A stretch of DNA of 64,000 nucleotides from Adineta vaga. Taxonomy: Eukaryota > Animalia > Rotifera. This document shows positions 1 to 14,958 of this stretch, in pieces. The stretch spans positions 1,984,001-2,048,000 of the forward strand of contig CP075493.1 in NCBI GenBank assembly GCA_021613535.1. Direction: 5' to 3'. The position numbers and the translations under genes are program-made. Each line of letters starts with the position of its first letter. The first letter of the stretch is position 1. A model generated the notes under the pieces. The model searched no databases, was not told the DNA's origin, and saw only the letters and a list, made by a program, of their open reading frames with translations.

Positions 1-2387
1 AAAAAAGAGGAAAGTCATTCATTGACTTCATCTCTATTAGAAAATAACATTCTACTTTTTTCTATTGAAAAGAAAAGCATTTATATAATTATATTATAAA
101 ATGAAGTTGTTTATTACTATTTTCAATTTTAATATTAAATAAAACAATAATTATACTTGTCTGAATACAATAGAATCGATGGTTAGATCAATAATGATTC
201 GTCGAAGATAAAAAAGAGAATGACATGTATGATAATCTATTAGATTTTATTGGTTATTTCCTCTTTTGTACTTGAAGTTTATTTAGAAGGAAAGTTGTCT
301 GTCGGACGAAGATGATATGTGTCATGAGAAAAGAAGAAAGATAGATTTCGATGTGCTTGTCAGATGACTTTTGGAAAGAATTACTTTTGATCATGTTTTG
401 TGATTGACTGAATAGGAGAAGAGAAAAATCAATTGTTTCTTTATCTAAAGACAAAGAAGAAGAGATGATACTTGAACATATCTTGTCTATCTACTTATGT
501 GTTCTTGGCTAATCAACGAATCATCATCTACATATGATTTCAAGGCTAACAAGTTAGGAAAACGTAGAGGGAAATGTTTATTTATAGATCATAGGAATCT
601 ATGATCATTATAATACCTTTCAAGAAAGATGAGTAGGAAAAAAGAAAATCATCTTTGTTTTTATCTTTATAAATGAGCTATTCACAGGCTTTTTTTTCTT
701 CTTTACGTTGAAAAATATTTGTAAAAAGAGATTTTATAGAGATATCAATGTATACATTTTAATGAAAACATAAACTTTCGAATAGTTTTTGTAAATACTT
801 GTGTTTCTTGATGAAAAACTCATAATTTTCTATCAATTGTTGTCAACGTTGAATGATTATGAAATAATCATATTTATCTTTGGAGGTCAACTATGTAATT
901 GATAATCGAAATGTATGAATGGTAAGAAGGAAAGAAACATTGATGTAATACAAACTAGAATAGTTTCTTCTTATCAATATTATAAAGAAAACAGAAAAAT
1001 TCAAATCATTTGAAGATTCTAATTCTTTTTGAAACGTTCTTTTCGAAATGACAGAAGATGACATACTTATAAGTTAGTTCGTCTTTGTTTTGTTCATGAT
1101 AATAAAAAAAAATCGAATGAAAAAGTATTTGTCAAGGAAAATCTCCTTTGTTTAAGCTGACATTCTGTACACTTCACATGTTATGGATGGTACTAGCGAG
1201 GTACAAATTAGTCTTTGTAAATAAATGTATTTAGATAGATTCGAATAAACTAAGCTGCTTAACTGATGTTTTTACATGAAAGAAAATGCCATGGACTAGT
1301 TAGACTCAAAGAAAATACATACTTAGTACGTCTTTAATCAAATCGAAGAGTTTACATATAATGAATGTGTATAGGTCAAAGAATCTTACAGGATAGTTTA
1401 ATATACAAATATATTTCCGGTGATAATTAGTTGAAGAATGTTAAATAGAATATTTTTGTTTCCATTTACAAACTGTAGATAAATTGATATTAATCTTTTG
1501 TTATTTCATTTCATTTTGATTATAATCTCAGTTGTTTATTCGATACAAAAAAACGAATTTCATACACATTATTGAGATTAGAAGATCTTCTCGTACTATC
1601 GAAACTCAAATCTGTATAAACCAATGATATTTCCTTCGTTCGAATAAATAAATGTCCCTTCCTATAGTTACTTTCATTCTAATGCTATTATAACGGAACA
1701 CTTTTTCTCTCTTACTATTTTTTTTGTATTTCATTACGAAACAAGAATGATAAGTATATAGTTATTATTTCGAAGGAATGCGCATATGTTACATGCAGAA
1801 AAAAGAATTCTCTGCCTGTCATACATCGTTACAATGAAACAGATACGATACAACATGTCTTCGAAAACTGATCTAATGTCATAACTCATCAAGTTTAATC
1901 GAAACCTTTTTCTCCTTGAATACATGATATACATGATGGGAGAAGAGGTCGCTAGTAAACATTCATTTTCATCTACAAGATTTATCACCTATTGAAATGA
2001 CACTAAAACTGTTTCATTTATAAAAAAATTTCTTTTATACACAATGAAAATATCATTTTCAAAAGAGACTAATTGATATCTATGAATTATCAGAAAACGC
2101 TACTATCAACGTTTAGTCATACATTGTTAGTTGCTCTTCATAAATTTTTGTACTATATTGTATCGAAATGAGAATAAACGAACGAACGAACGAAATAAGT
2201 ATCGAATGCAAATAAAACAATGAAGAAAAATTCTCTTCGTCTCTCTTTCAATCAATTCGTAAGCTTGTCGACATCTTATTGACACAACATGTGTAACATT
2301 TCACAAAAGAAATTTCTTTCTTCTTTTTCTCTAGATATACAATTTAATAAACGATAGAAAGACTTCAATGATTATTCAATCATTCCA

Positions 2388-5300
2388 ATGTTAAAACGTT
2401 TAAAAAATATATTTAATTCATCAATTAATGATGATACAATTTCATCAAAACATTCCAAACAAAATCTTTTGAAAAAAACACGTCTATATAAACAACAAAC
2501 ACCATTTATACAATGGAAATTGATTAAAGAATTAGGTGACGGTGCATTCGGTAAAGTTTATCAAGCATTTAATGATCAAAACAAACAAGATGCTGCTGCT
2601 AAAGTTATCGAAGATTGTACAGATGATGAATTACCTGAACATTTAGTTGAAGTAGACATTTTAACTGAATGTAATCATAAGAATATTATCACCTTACTTG
2701 ATACGTATCTTTTTGAAAAAAAATTATATATTTTTCTCGAATACTGTACATATGGTGCTATTGATCATATAATAACAACACTTGAACATGGATTGGATGA
2801 AAAACAAATTCGTTTTATCGGTTATGAAGTACTTGATGCTTTAGAATATTTACATACACAACAATTTGTTATACATCGAGATGTTAAAGCAAGTAATATA
2901 CTTTTAACACAAACTGGACAAATTAAATTAGCTGATTTTGGTGTATCAGCAAAGAATTCTGATCAAAATCAAAAGAGAAATGATTATATCGGTACTGTAT
3001 ATTGGTATGTATATATCATCGGAATATCAGAACAAAGACGAATGTTTTATGTATGTTTTTGTTTTGTTTTGAATAGGATGGCACCTGAAGTATTCTTTTG
3101 TGAAGCGAATACAGATATGAGTTATGATTATCGTGTGGATATCTGGTCATTTGGTATCACATTAATTGAAATGGCTGAAATGGATCCACCGTATCATGAT
3201 GTACGAGCTGAACGTGTTGGTGCAAAGATTCGTCAAGGAACACCACCAACATTGACAAATGTTAATCGATGGAGTAAAGAATTTTCTGATCTGTTAGCAT
3301 GTTGTTTGAAACGTGATCCAATGGAACGTAAAATATGTCAGGAATTAAAACAACATCCATTTATGTTAAATTCAAAAGAATGTCATTCATCGATTCTTTA
3401 TTTAATTGAAGAATATAAAGCAACACCGGTTGTTGAGGTTGTCGAAGAAGAAATTATCGTTTCAGAACGTCAAGTAATAAAAAATTCGAACATTTATGGT
3501 TCTGTTTTTACGTTATTTCTTTTCTATTTATAGTCCAAAGATAATGGTGAAAACGAAAACAATCTTGTAAAAAATGCGACAACAGATAATGATCGTATAC
3601 AAAACAATGATACAAATCATTCCACATCATCACGTAGTGATGAAATTCCAACAACAACGAAAGAAAATCAAAATCAGAGTCCTACCGAATCAAAAGATAT
3701 ACCTGAGAAAATCGAACGCCTATCAAATTCTGAAAGCTTTCCACGACCACCACAATCACCTACCATCAAAGAAGATAATCAGAGCAATATCAAAATACCA
3801 ACTACAACTCCTCCTTCTCCTCGTCCAGCACCGGTTCTCACAACATTAACAAGTATACCAAAAGCATCACCCTTACCTTCTTTCACATCGAACAGTAATA
3901 TCACAAATAATCCTGCTAGTAATGGCACGACAAAACCTCCAATAGTACTTACAACTCAATTTCCATCTCGTAGTTCATCCGAAGAAAAACAAACATATTC
4001 ATCTACATCTACCCAAAGTTTATCTCCAACTCTATCAAAAGTAAATAAAGATACAAAACAACATGACATATATCCTGTTCGTATTGGTTCAAATTTTGCA
4101 ATCAATCGTCTTGAAATGGAAGATTTAGCTGAAAGAAAACTGAATAAAATTTGTGAATCATATTATCAAGATCTTCTTGAAGAAGTTATTCAATCTGATT
4201 TTGAAAAACCATCGATTCCAGAAGTGATTCTTTCTGTTATAACTGATCTAACAGCTGATGATGAAAATAATAATAATAATAATGATAATAATACCGAAGA
4301 TAATTTTAGTATCGATGATCAATTATATGATGAAGAATTTGAAAATAATAATAATAATAATTCAATTTATTATTTTAAACACAATCAATCACATTCAACT
4401 TCACCATCGCCTATCAAAACAATTGGTGATATTGATTATTATTATACTAGTGTAAGACAAGCAGTAAGCAATGGAAAGAGTCCTGATCAAAATTTTATCT
4501 TAATACCAACTGCAAATGAAGTTACTAATTCTTTACAAGTAAATATCGAGATTGATTAATTTAGAAACTATTGTTTTTCTTAGGCTCGATCTAATCGTCG
4601 TCGAACAATACGAACAACAAGAAGATTTGTTGGACCAGATGGTAAAGCAGCTGAAATTGTTACAACAAAAATTGAAGAACCACAGAATGATTATCAATCA
4701 AAATTACTTGAAAGGTAAATTATTCGAAATCGAAAGTTAAGTTTTTCTTTTCTCTATTTTTCGTCTTTTATATAGAAAAGAAGCTCATCGTGAATTTCGT
4801 CGTTTATATCATTTGGAAGAAAAACGTCGACAGCAATTATTACTTCGTCATGAATATGAAATTGATGAACAACGACATGAATTTCGTCGTAAACGTGAAG
4901 AATTAATGAAAAAATATGATTTAGAATTACAAACAATTGAACAAAAACATAAAATTGAAATTGAACGTGAAAATGTTCTGTTAACAAATGAATATAATAA
5001 GAAAATCAAACAAATGAAATCAGGTTTTTATCAATATTATATTTTACCTCTTAATCTCATACTTTTTTTTGTGATTTAGATCAAGAAAAAGAATTTCGAC
5101 AATTTCGTGAACAATTACGAGAACAAATCAAACAAATCAGACGTGAATATGACTCATCGAATGGTTTGTTTAATATATTATTTAGTTTCATATTTATTCA
5201 TGAAAATATTTTCCTTTAATTTAGATTTTCAAATATCGAAAGAGCGTAAAGAATATTTAAAACGATATATAAGTGAAAAAGAAGATGAATCCTATATACG

Positions 5301-6700
5301 CGAAAAAGAATATTTAGATAATCAACAACAAATTCTTGATAATCAATTAAAATCTATTGAAAATTATCATTTACAACGTATTGATATATTAGAAAATCAA
5401 TATCGTTTAAAGAAACAAAATTTAATTCAAATTCATGAACAAGATTTATCGGATATTGATGAACTTGAATTACGTTCAAGATATGAATTATTACGTAAAC
5501 AAACCAAAGCTTTCTATGCACTATTTCGAACAATGTTAACACAACAATCAGAAAAAGAATTACAACAATTAGATGATCAAATACGATTTGAATGTGATAC
5601 ACTCGAAGCACATCTTGCTGATGATAGAAAAGAATGGCCAAAATCATGGAAAAAAATGCAAAAAACACGAAATAAACAATTTCGTCAACAATTAATTATC
5701 GACAAAAAGTCACCAGAAGAAGAAAAAGTTCTCATTCGAAAGGTAAGTGTGTTTGCAACGATGAACAGCACAATCGCTATGACTCCGCAATCTAGTCTAG
5801 AAATATTAGTGCAAGATCTATCAGTTATTTTACAACTAGTATGTAATCTTTGCTTTAGTTTGATAATGATGAACATGAACGTTATCGAGCACATGAAGAA
5901 CGTTTAAGAGAAAAACATTATCAATCTATAGAAATTCTTCATCAAAAACATCAAGCAACACGAAATGAATTATTATCGATTCAAGTAAGTTTCTTCTTGT
6001 TTTGTTTAAAAGAAAAAGTTTTCAATTGAATTCATGTTTATTTAGAGACAAAAATTAGAACAATGTGTCGAATTTGAAACACGAAAATTACAAGAACTTC
6101 AAGCAACATTTGAAAATGATTGGATGGATTTTCGAAATTTACAAAAAACTCGAAAACTAGTAAGAATAATCTTCTTTTTTAGTAAATTTTATTTTCAATT
6201 TCTCTCTTCGAATTAAATCAGTTCTATTCATATTCACCATTACTCATCATCAATAAGAATATTGAAATTATGAAAACTAATGAACTTCGTCAGATATATG
6301 ATGTTTACAATACTGATCGAAAAGTATTTGATTCTTTCGATCATTCAATGAAACAACAAACTCAAGTTTATTATTAAAAAACAAAATATCATCAATACAA
6401 TCGTATTATAATTGAGATATGAGTAAATAATTCTTGGTGAATGATTAACATTAATTTGTACGAGTTTTGACCTAGATTCGTGACAAGAGAGAAGAAGAAT
6501 AGTATATTCTCTCTTTTCTCTTCAGATATTACTACTCTTATAAACTAATTCATAACAATTCAGAGTTTTGTTATGAAATTCTTTTATATGTTTTCTTTCT
6601 ATTTTAGGAATTGGATGAAAAATTGACTCGTGAAACAATGAAAAAACGCGATTTTTATTTCGATACACCACCATCATCTATTTTTGGAACACTTCACTGA
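2388..6700 (+). CDS. STE20-like kinase of the SLK/STK10(LOK)/Slik type; multi-exon, with N-terminal kinase domain, low-complexity linker and C-terminal coiled coil
   Basis: Motifs ELGDGAFGKV, AAAKVI, HRDVKASN, KLADFGVSAKN and W|MAPE (after removing in-frame intron 3005-3076). Further introns include 3474-3533 and 6160-6607. RTTRRFVGPDG motif precedes a Q/E/K/R-rich coiled coil. Last exon 6608-6700 ends in TGA. Confidence 0.9.
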
Positions 6701-7134
6701 ACATGAAGTGAAAAAAATAAGATTCTTTCTCTCTTATCTTCTTCATTTTTGTTTTCTTGTTTATCAAGTGCCAAAGATTCTTTTTTGATAACTCAACCGT
6801 CCTTATGAAATCTACGATGAAGAACAACAAATATATCGAATGAATACTAATTTTTTGTTTTCTTCAAAAAAAAAACTCATGTTGTCAGATAGTGCCTTAA
6901 TTCATTCCTTGATGATCATCAATGTTCTTATTTATTCCCTCCGATTATCTTTTCATTTGTAAATTTCTTTGCTTCGTGACAACAGTGATGTTTGACATGC
7001 TTGACTTTTATGTTCAATCTTTTCTTTCAATTTCAACAAAAAATAAAAACAAAGATTTTTCTCTTATAGAAAAAATAAACATAATAACAACAATTTTTTC
7101 TTCTATCATCCTTAATTAAGAACTATTTAGATCA

Positions 7135-8042
7135 ATGGTGGCCATTACTGTAACACTTGGTCTGTGTTGGACTGTTTTATCATTTGGTTTTTTTGTTCTT
7201 TGCCGATATTTAGTTACACCTATTAGTTTATTACGACCATCACCAACGAAAACAAATCGAATACCTTCCAAACCATATATTCATACTTGTTTAACTTGCT
7301 CAAATGATCAACAATGGGAACGATTGAATTTATTAGTTAGTTGGATACATTCATTAATCACTGGCCTATCAGTAATATATAGTTTTTGGACTTATGCACC
7401 ATATATGTACAATGATCTTGTTACTCATGTGACTTTATTCACATATTTAACATGTGCATTATCCTTTGGTGAGTTACACGATTGTCATCAAAATATGTCA
7501 TAGTTGATTTTATTTGTTCGTAGGTTACTTTTGGTATGATTTCTGTGATATTTTATCAAATAGACGAGGATCTGAAATGACAGAATTATTATTTCATCAT
7601 GTTCTGGTAAGTTTCGAGAAAAGTTTTCAATATCCAATGAATTAAAGATAATATGATATTTTAGACATTAATATTTTTCAGTTTTAATATCTTTCGTATT
7701 ATGAATATTGGTTATCAAATGTTTGCTTTAATCGCTGAAATCAATTCGATATTTTTACATGCTCGAAAATTATTTCATTTATATAAAATACCACGTGATA
7801 ATCTCGTTGTACGTTTTAATATGTTTTTAAATATTCTTACTTTTATACTTTGTCGTCTTTGTATGTTAATTTTTGTTACAATATTTGTTTATCATGATCG
7901 TTATCGTTTGGGAAATCTTAATTATATATATGTGATGTACGTTCTTATACCAAGTGTATGGATTATGAATCCAATACTTTTTTATCGTGTTATACGTACA
8001 GATTTTTTTAAAAGACATCAATCGAAAAAACTTGTTTCTTAA
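7135..8042 (+). CDS. TLC (TRAM/LAG1/CLN8) domain membrane protein, TLCD1/2-like
   Basis: Exons ~7135-7468, 7523-7606, 7665-8042. Motifs VSWIHS, SFGYFWYD, LLFHHVL and AEINSIFLHARKL; multiple TM segments. Confidence 0.85.
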
Positions 8043-9343
8043 TCGTATTGATTCATTTTTCTTTTTTTTTCAAATACATTTTTTATTGATGAATATTAAC
8101 TGATTGAAAAAAATGAATGTGTAAGTATTATTTGATTTGTATATCTATTGAAATAAAAATGTTATTGTAGAGAACCTTGTGTGCGGTAGACGTAAATATC
8201 TGATGTGAATCTTTCATTTAGAAAAGTATTTGAAAGTTTAGTTTTATCGTACAATCATTAAAATACATATTTCTCATCACGTTCTTAATCGAACGAAGAA
8301 AGAAAGAAAAAATCTACCTTGAACGAGACATTCACCGTTTAATTATTGATAATATAACTACGAAATGAAAAGGAAAAAGTACTAAATTGATGAAAATAAA
8401 AGATTAATTAAACACTTAATAGAATTTCCTTCAGTTGATCTAATATTATCTACATGTTTTCTATCGTTTCTTTTTTTTTCTTATATAACTTCGATAGATT
8501 CATTGAAAAGACAAAATTCGCTTCGAACATCATTGATAATTATCTTCTGAACAGAATAAATATTACTTTATTTAAATAGACATACGAAATCGATTTCTCT
8601 CTCTTTCTCTCTTTCGATTCTTTTTTCTTTTTACATATAATATATAATTGATGAGCAGATTGTTCAAGCGTGAGACGCGTGTATACATATTCATATACTT
8701 ATGATAATGACAACGATTCATTGTCATTCGAAAACATATACAATACATAAAGAGCATTGAGGTGTAAACTATAGAGCATTTTTCTTTCTTCTTCTTTTGT
8801 CTTTTCTATCATCATACATTTGTGTACATTAATCATTTTTAAATTGAAGCAAACGATTGACGAAAGATATCATTCTATTGCATCTATCTTTTTTTTCAAC
8901 AAGGTATGTTATCCTTTTCATTTGATTTTCCTCTCTGAAAGTATTTCAGTTTCATTCATCATCATCATAATACACAAATACACATAGATTTCAAATACTA
9001 TTTCCAAAAATTTCGATTAAAATAATACAAGATTTTCAAACTATTGTTAATAGATCTTTGAAAAAAAAGTCTTAAGTGAAAAACTGACACTTTTATTTGA
9101 CCCTATCAATAGAAAAAAAAATCTATCTTAAATAGACATCGAGCAAGTTTTTACAGGTAGATAAACCAATTCAGTCGTAACTAGATAGCAACAGAAATGA
9201 TTCAAGGTTATTTTACTATATAAGTATATACTATATACCTTGTAAATGTAGTCTGTCGATTTGTCAGTCTTGCCTTCTTCTTATTTTTTTCTTTATAATA
9301 AACGATAAGAGAAAAAAAATACATTAATATTCAATAATTATCC

Positions 9344-11324
9344 ATGTATCCACAATCATCACCTAATCGTCAATTTAAATATCAACCGGTAATCAATTCC
9401 AATCTGACACATGCGATTCTATGTAATCAAAATTCTGGTCATCAACTTCATATTGGAATTCCACCTGCCACTCCAAAACATCATTCGCATAAAGATAAAC
9501 AATCTCCTTCCTATATAAAACGTGATCATAAAATAAAAAATATAACTAAACAAATAGAACATGTCGAAGTATCATCAAATAAACGTACGTATTAAAAGAT
9601 TTCGCCGTACTTTATCAATAATCTTTGCATTATTCAATTAGCTCCAATACATTCCTTATCACAAAAGTCGTCGAAACACGAACGTTCATTATTTCGACCT
9701 TCAAGTTTCGAAAGTATTCCACCACAACGTTCTGTACCATTGCCAAGTTCATATTCTGTTACTAATATACATGATCGTATTCAACGTGAACGTAAAGCTC
9801 ATACAATGCCACCATTAGCTCATATCGTAGGACCTAGTACAAGTCCGAAAGCGAAATTATTTGCTAGTATCGTTGCGCCTGTTGATACACAGGCAGGAAA
9901 AAGTACAATTGTCACACAAGATGTCGTATCAACACGAACATCCATTTGTTCGAAAAGATCCGAAGTAGAAATGACTGATGATGATGCAACAGTTATTGTT
10001 AAAGTTCGCTATGATCCTGAATCAGGTGGTCCACCTTCTGAAGATACTGTACGACAAGCTATTGACAATCAATTAATACAACGATCAGGTTTGAATAAGA
10101 AAAAAGAGCCGATTGTTGTTAATTTTATTGGACAAAATTTACAACCAAATCTACCTATTCGACCACATCAGCCCACATTTAATCGACAAATTTTACCATT
10201 TCAACAACGTCCATCTCTTCGAATTCCAATTCAATCTCAACCATCACAAATACAACAAAATCCTTTTCCTTTACCAAGACCTACACAACCAACTACCATT
10301 TTCCCCCTTCCACCTCCTGTAAATCATATACCACAGAATTCGAATATTCGCCCAGCACAAGCTTTACAACCATCCATAAGACAGCAAACTTTTCCATTTC
10401 GAGTACCATTAAATCGAACTCAGCGAATTTTAAATCCACCACAAACATCTCATCAAATCATAAGTCCACTACAGCTTATTTCGTCTCAGCGAACAGGTTT
10501 TCTTTCTCTCTACATTCTTTATAGTTTCGAGAAAATTTCGAAAATAAATGAAACAATAATGATTCTCTATGATTTGAATTTTAGGTATCAATAATTTTCG
10601 ACCATCGAATAATATCATGTCATCCGATAATCAATCATCGAGTATAAATGCTCAACAAAATTCTTCGAGACAATTACAAGTCGGCTCAGTTTCCAATGGA
10701 ATTTATCGACCTTCACCTGTCACAGATGTTCCGGAATTGAGTAAAGAAAGTCTTCTCAATATGCTCAAGTAAAATAGCATCGATAAACTACTCAATATCT
10801 GTTCTTGATTATTCTAGTCAAATTCCTGATTTACAAGGTCGTCAATTTAATATTGAATACGCACCACCAAGTGCACCTGAAGAATATCCTATTCCAACAA
10901 GTGCACCTGCAGGTGATAATTCATATCCTGAACCAGTCGTTATTGATAAATTACCAAATAATGTCATTCAACATCTTAAACTTAGTAATAATCCAGCAAT
11001 AACAGCTGCCTTAGAAGATACAATTCGACGCGAACAAGGTGGTACATCTTCTGCATCCGCTTCATCATTAAATGCTCCAATACCAACAGTTATGCATCAT
11101 TCAGCTCAACCTCATGGTCAAGTCCAACAATCTCGACCTGCATCATCCAATGATTCTGATAGTAGTACCGAAGTTTCATCATCATCGTCATCATCATCAT
11201 CATCGTCGTCATCAAGTGAAGAAAGTGAAGTTGAAGAATTGAAAACTGTTCCATTAGCCAGAGTAATCATTTCTTATTGATACTTAGTTGATTTCCAATA
11301 CATTTCTTTGAATTTTTCTAGTGA
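9344..11324 (+). CDS. Uncharacterised Pro/Gln/Ser-rich, largely disordered protein (multi-exon)
   Basis: ORFs 9344, 9740 and 11092 join in frame through GT-AG introns (~9585-9640, ~10497-10584, ~10769-10817). Poly-Ser near the C-terminus. The end is either the unspliced stop at 11280 or a spliced TGA at 11322-11324. Confidence 0.65.
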
Positions 11325-12488
11325 ATGAATTGTTTGCGATCAACTCCTGTTACATCATATTCTCAAGACAATTGTCGTTCAAATACATCCATTTTTTTCT
11401 CTGTTAGTTCTGTTTACGTAGTATTAGTTTTCTTTTTCGTTTTTTTCTCTCTCTCTCTATATATATATATTATTGATTAATCAATCTACTATAATATGGG
11501 ATATGCAATTATTCAATATTCATGCATCTTATAACATATACATACATGTATTTTGCTTGTTTTTTTTCTGATACGAAATAGAAAATATCTTTTTAAATTA
11601 TAAATATTCCTGTGTAAGATTTATGATTTATCGCACATATATATTCACTGGGTTAAAAAAAGATTGTTACAAAATCAAGGTTAAACTGTCACCTGGATGT
11701 AGTCCAATAAATAGTACTAAAGATTTGATCTACATGTAGACATTAAATAGGACATATTTGATGGTCGACAAAGCATCGAAAACTGACATTTGTATTCAAA
11801 CAAAAGAAAAAAGTAATCAATGTCCATATTCATTACTCAATAAATGATGTTAATTTATTTGACAAATACCTTACCTTATGTATCATTCTTTAACCTGTAG
11901 AATGTTATTTTTCGAAATAAGTAACATATAAAATATTTATTTATCTTATTTTTATAGAAAAAGAATTTCTTCATTAAATTCTCTCATTAATTTAAGGAAA
12001 CAAGAAGATCAAGTGATGTTTATATCGTTCATCATACGAAAAATTTCCTTTTCCGTTTAATTCTTTGACATGATTTAAATGTCGTCAAATGAAACTAAGA
12101 AAAAGAATTTCTTTTCTTTTTTGCTGTATTACGTTTCTAGAAAATTAAGAAACAACGTTTTTTTCCTTCTTTTATTTCACAGTTTTCTCGCATTTTTCTT
12201 TTTTTTTGATGAACGAGATGTAGACAATATTTTTTTCAATAGACATCGACAATATTGTCTAAAAAAAGAACAAAAGAAAAGAAAGATTCTAGTTTAGTTT
12301 CTTGACATTTTCTTCTATTAGATTGAAAAAGAAGTTTTTACACTTTCTTTTTCTCTATCATTTCCGCTCAACAAGTTGCATTTCTTTGTTTAACAAAACA
12401 GTAACATTAGAAAAATCTAGAAGAAAGAAAACTTCAAAAAGAATAACAAACATTCTTATTTTTCAATATCAATCTTTCAACAATTATT

Positions 12489-13605
12489 ATGGGTAATAAT
12501 GCTAGTTCAATCAATGTTATTTTGGATCAAGCACAACCAGCGATATATTATGCTGGAGAAATTATATCCGGTCATGTTCATTTCAATATTACAGAACGAA
12601 CAAAAAAAACTGATGAAATTTATTTATCATTAACGGGCGATATTGGTTATACAACAACACGGACAGTTCGAATGCAAAATGGTCAAATGGAAAGAAAAAC
12701 TGATGGTCATAATGTAAGAATTTTAGGTCAAAAATTCTTATTAGGTCGTCCTTTATTGAATCAAAGTAATCGTGATATTCCATATCATGATTTACATACA
12801 CTTGAACCAGGATTATATAAATATCCATTTTCAATTCGTTTACCTGAAGAACTACCACCAACATTACATCCGGAAGATTATCCATACGTTCGATATCAAT
12901 TACAAGTAAGTTTAATCGATAGAGAGAATATGAAAAAAATCGAAAGAAAAAGAATCCTTTTAGGTTTTACTCGAGAAAAAATGGTATCATTCAAATGATC
13001 GTCATCGTTATCCAATTCGTATTTATCCTCGTGTTAATCTTCACAATATAAGCAATTCTAAAAGTGCAGTGAAATTCGGAACAAAACGTAAAGATGTAAC
13101 GGTTAAAGGTGTTTTACAACAAGCTGGTTTAATACCTGGTGAACAAACAATATTAGCACTTGATATTCAAAATCCTGGTCGCTTATCAATTAAACGTATC
13201 GATGTTTGTTTTATTCAACGTTATGAAATTGAACAATGTCGACGTCGTTTAGAACTTATTCGTTTATCAGTACCTGAATTAACAAATAATCAAGATCAAC
13301 ATATTGAAGCATCATGTTCATTAACAATTCCAGTTGGTATACCGCCAACATTTAGTTATCGAAGTAACGCTACACGACCCATTGTTCATGTTGATTTACA
13401 TTATGATTTAAAAATTGAAGTCAAAGCTAAAGGACTTTTTACAGATTTTGATCTTCAAGTTCCGGTTATTATTGGAACAATTTCCAATGAACATTTCAAT
13501 TCAAGTATGAGATCAAATTCAATGAGTGCAGTGAATATGGTTGCTTTAGATTTTACTGATGATGATATGCCACCACCTTATGAATCTGTGAATTATCATG
13601 ATTAA
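12489..13605 (+). CDS. Alpha-arrestin (arrestin-domain-containing protein)
   Basis: YYAGEIISGHV; LEPGLYKYPFSIRLPEELPPT; VRYQL; arrestin-C region ending VPVIIGT; C-terminal PPxY motif (MPPPYES). Intron 12906-12963. Confidence 0.9.
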
Positions 13606-14958
13606 ATTCAGTACTACTTTTCATCAATCACGATATTTTATTTGCTAATATATACATATATATATGAACGATTCTCCATGCTTTTTGTGAAATTTTTTGC
13701 GAGTTGTGACTTCGATACGCCCAGCGCCGTTTTTTTTTTCGATATACATATTTAACTAATAAATATTTGTTTTTCTTTTCCATTAACCTAATTTTCATGA
13801 CATTTGAAGTATAAAGAATACGCCAGGTTGTGTAAACATAGCAGACGGTATGTTTAGAATGAAATGAAACAATAATAATAATAATAATAAGAAGAAGAGA
13901 GATTGTAGATCAGATAAAAATAGACAAAAAAGATTTTATATTCCTTATGTTTGAGCACAACGTCTTGTTGTTCTAATTTGCTATAGTAACAGTTATTGTG
14001 CATCATTTCGAGTAAACTGTTTCTTGAATAATTTGCCATTTATATGATTGACACTCTACTTGATATACTTGGGGAATATACAAATTAAGACAAGTGATAT
14101 GAATCCATGAAAAATGAAACTTAAGTAGATATATTGATCAATGAATTAAACTGTAGTATTGTAAATATTCAGATTTGACGAGGAATAGTTGGGAGAACAT
14201 TTTCACGATATAATTTAAAAAATGACCGTTTAGTTCAAAGAGATAAGTCTTCAAACTGAAGATTAACATTCAAGATAATTTCTCTCTATCTTTATTTGCA
14301 AAGAAAACGTTTTTGCTTTTTTTTGTCAAAACATTTTATTGTTTTGTTTACATCTTTTTTTTGCTTAAAGTTTGCGACAGATGAAAGAAAAAAGAGAAAG
14401 AAACAGGAAACAGTTACAATCTTTGTTTATGTTTTGATTCGATGATAGGGAGAAAGTATGGAGAAATAAAAAAATACACAGATACACACACATACAGATA
14501 ATATATATATATATACGCTTTTCTTTGAGAATAACAACACGAAGAAGAAAAAAAAGTACAGGGAACAAAATAGTTGGAATGGTATGTGTGTATTAAATGG
14601 AACAAAAAAGAAGAGAAAAACTAGGATAATATACTGGAAAATCTCACTGGTCCAGTTCTTGGATGATGTTCTTGGAAACTAAGATGATGATGATGATGAA
14701 GAAGAAACGAACGAACGAACAAACAGAAAAGAAAAGAAGAAAAATTACGGGTTTGGTTTTGCGTTAAAGAATGGGATAGAAACAATCACCGAGGTTCCAT
14801 GATGAGAATGATATTACAACAAATAATAAATAGAGTTCCTCCACCCAGAAAGAAAAAAGAAAAAGAAAAATATGAATATTCTCGTGAAGTCAAGTTCTGC
14901 GTGTGTTTTCGATTTTTCGATGCATGCTCAAATATATGTCTATGAATATTCACTGATT

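Noticed and set aside
254-2330. Short ORFs 254-454 and 1734-1988
   Set aside because: No motifs or splice-compatible structure; composition is typical of intergenic AT-rich DNA.
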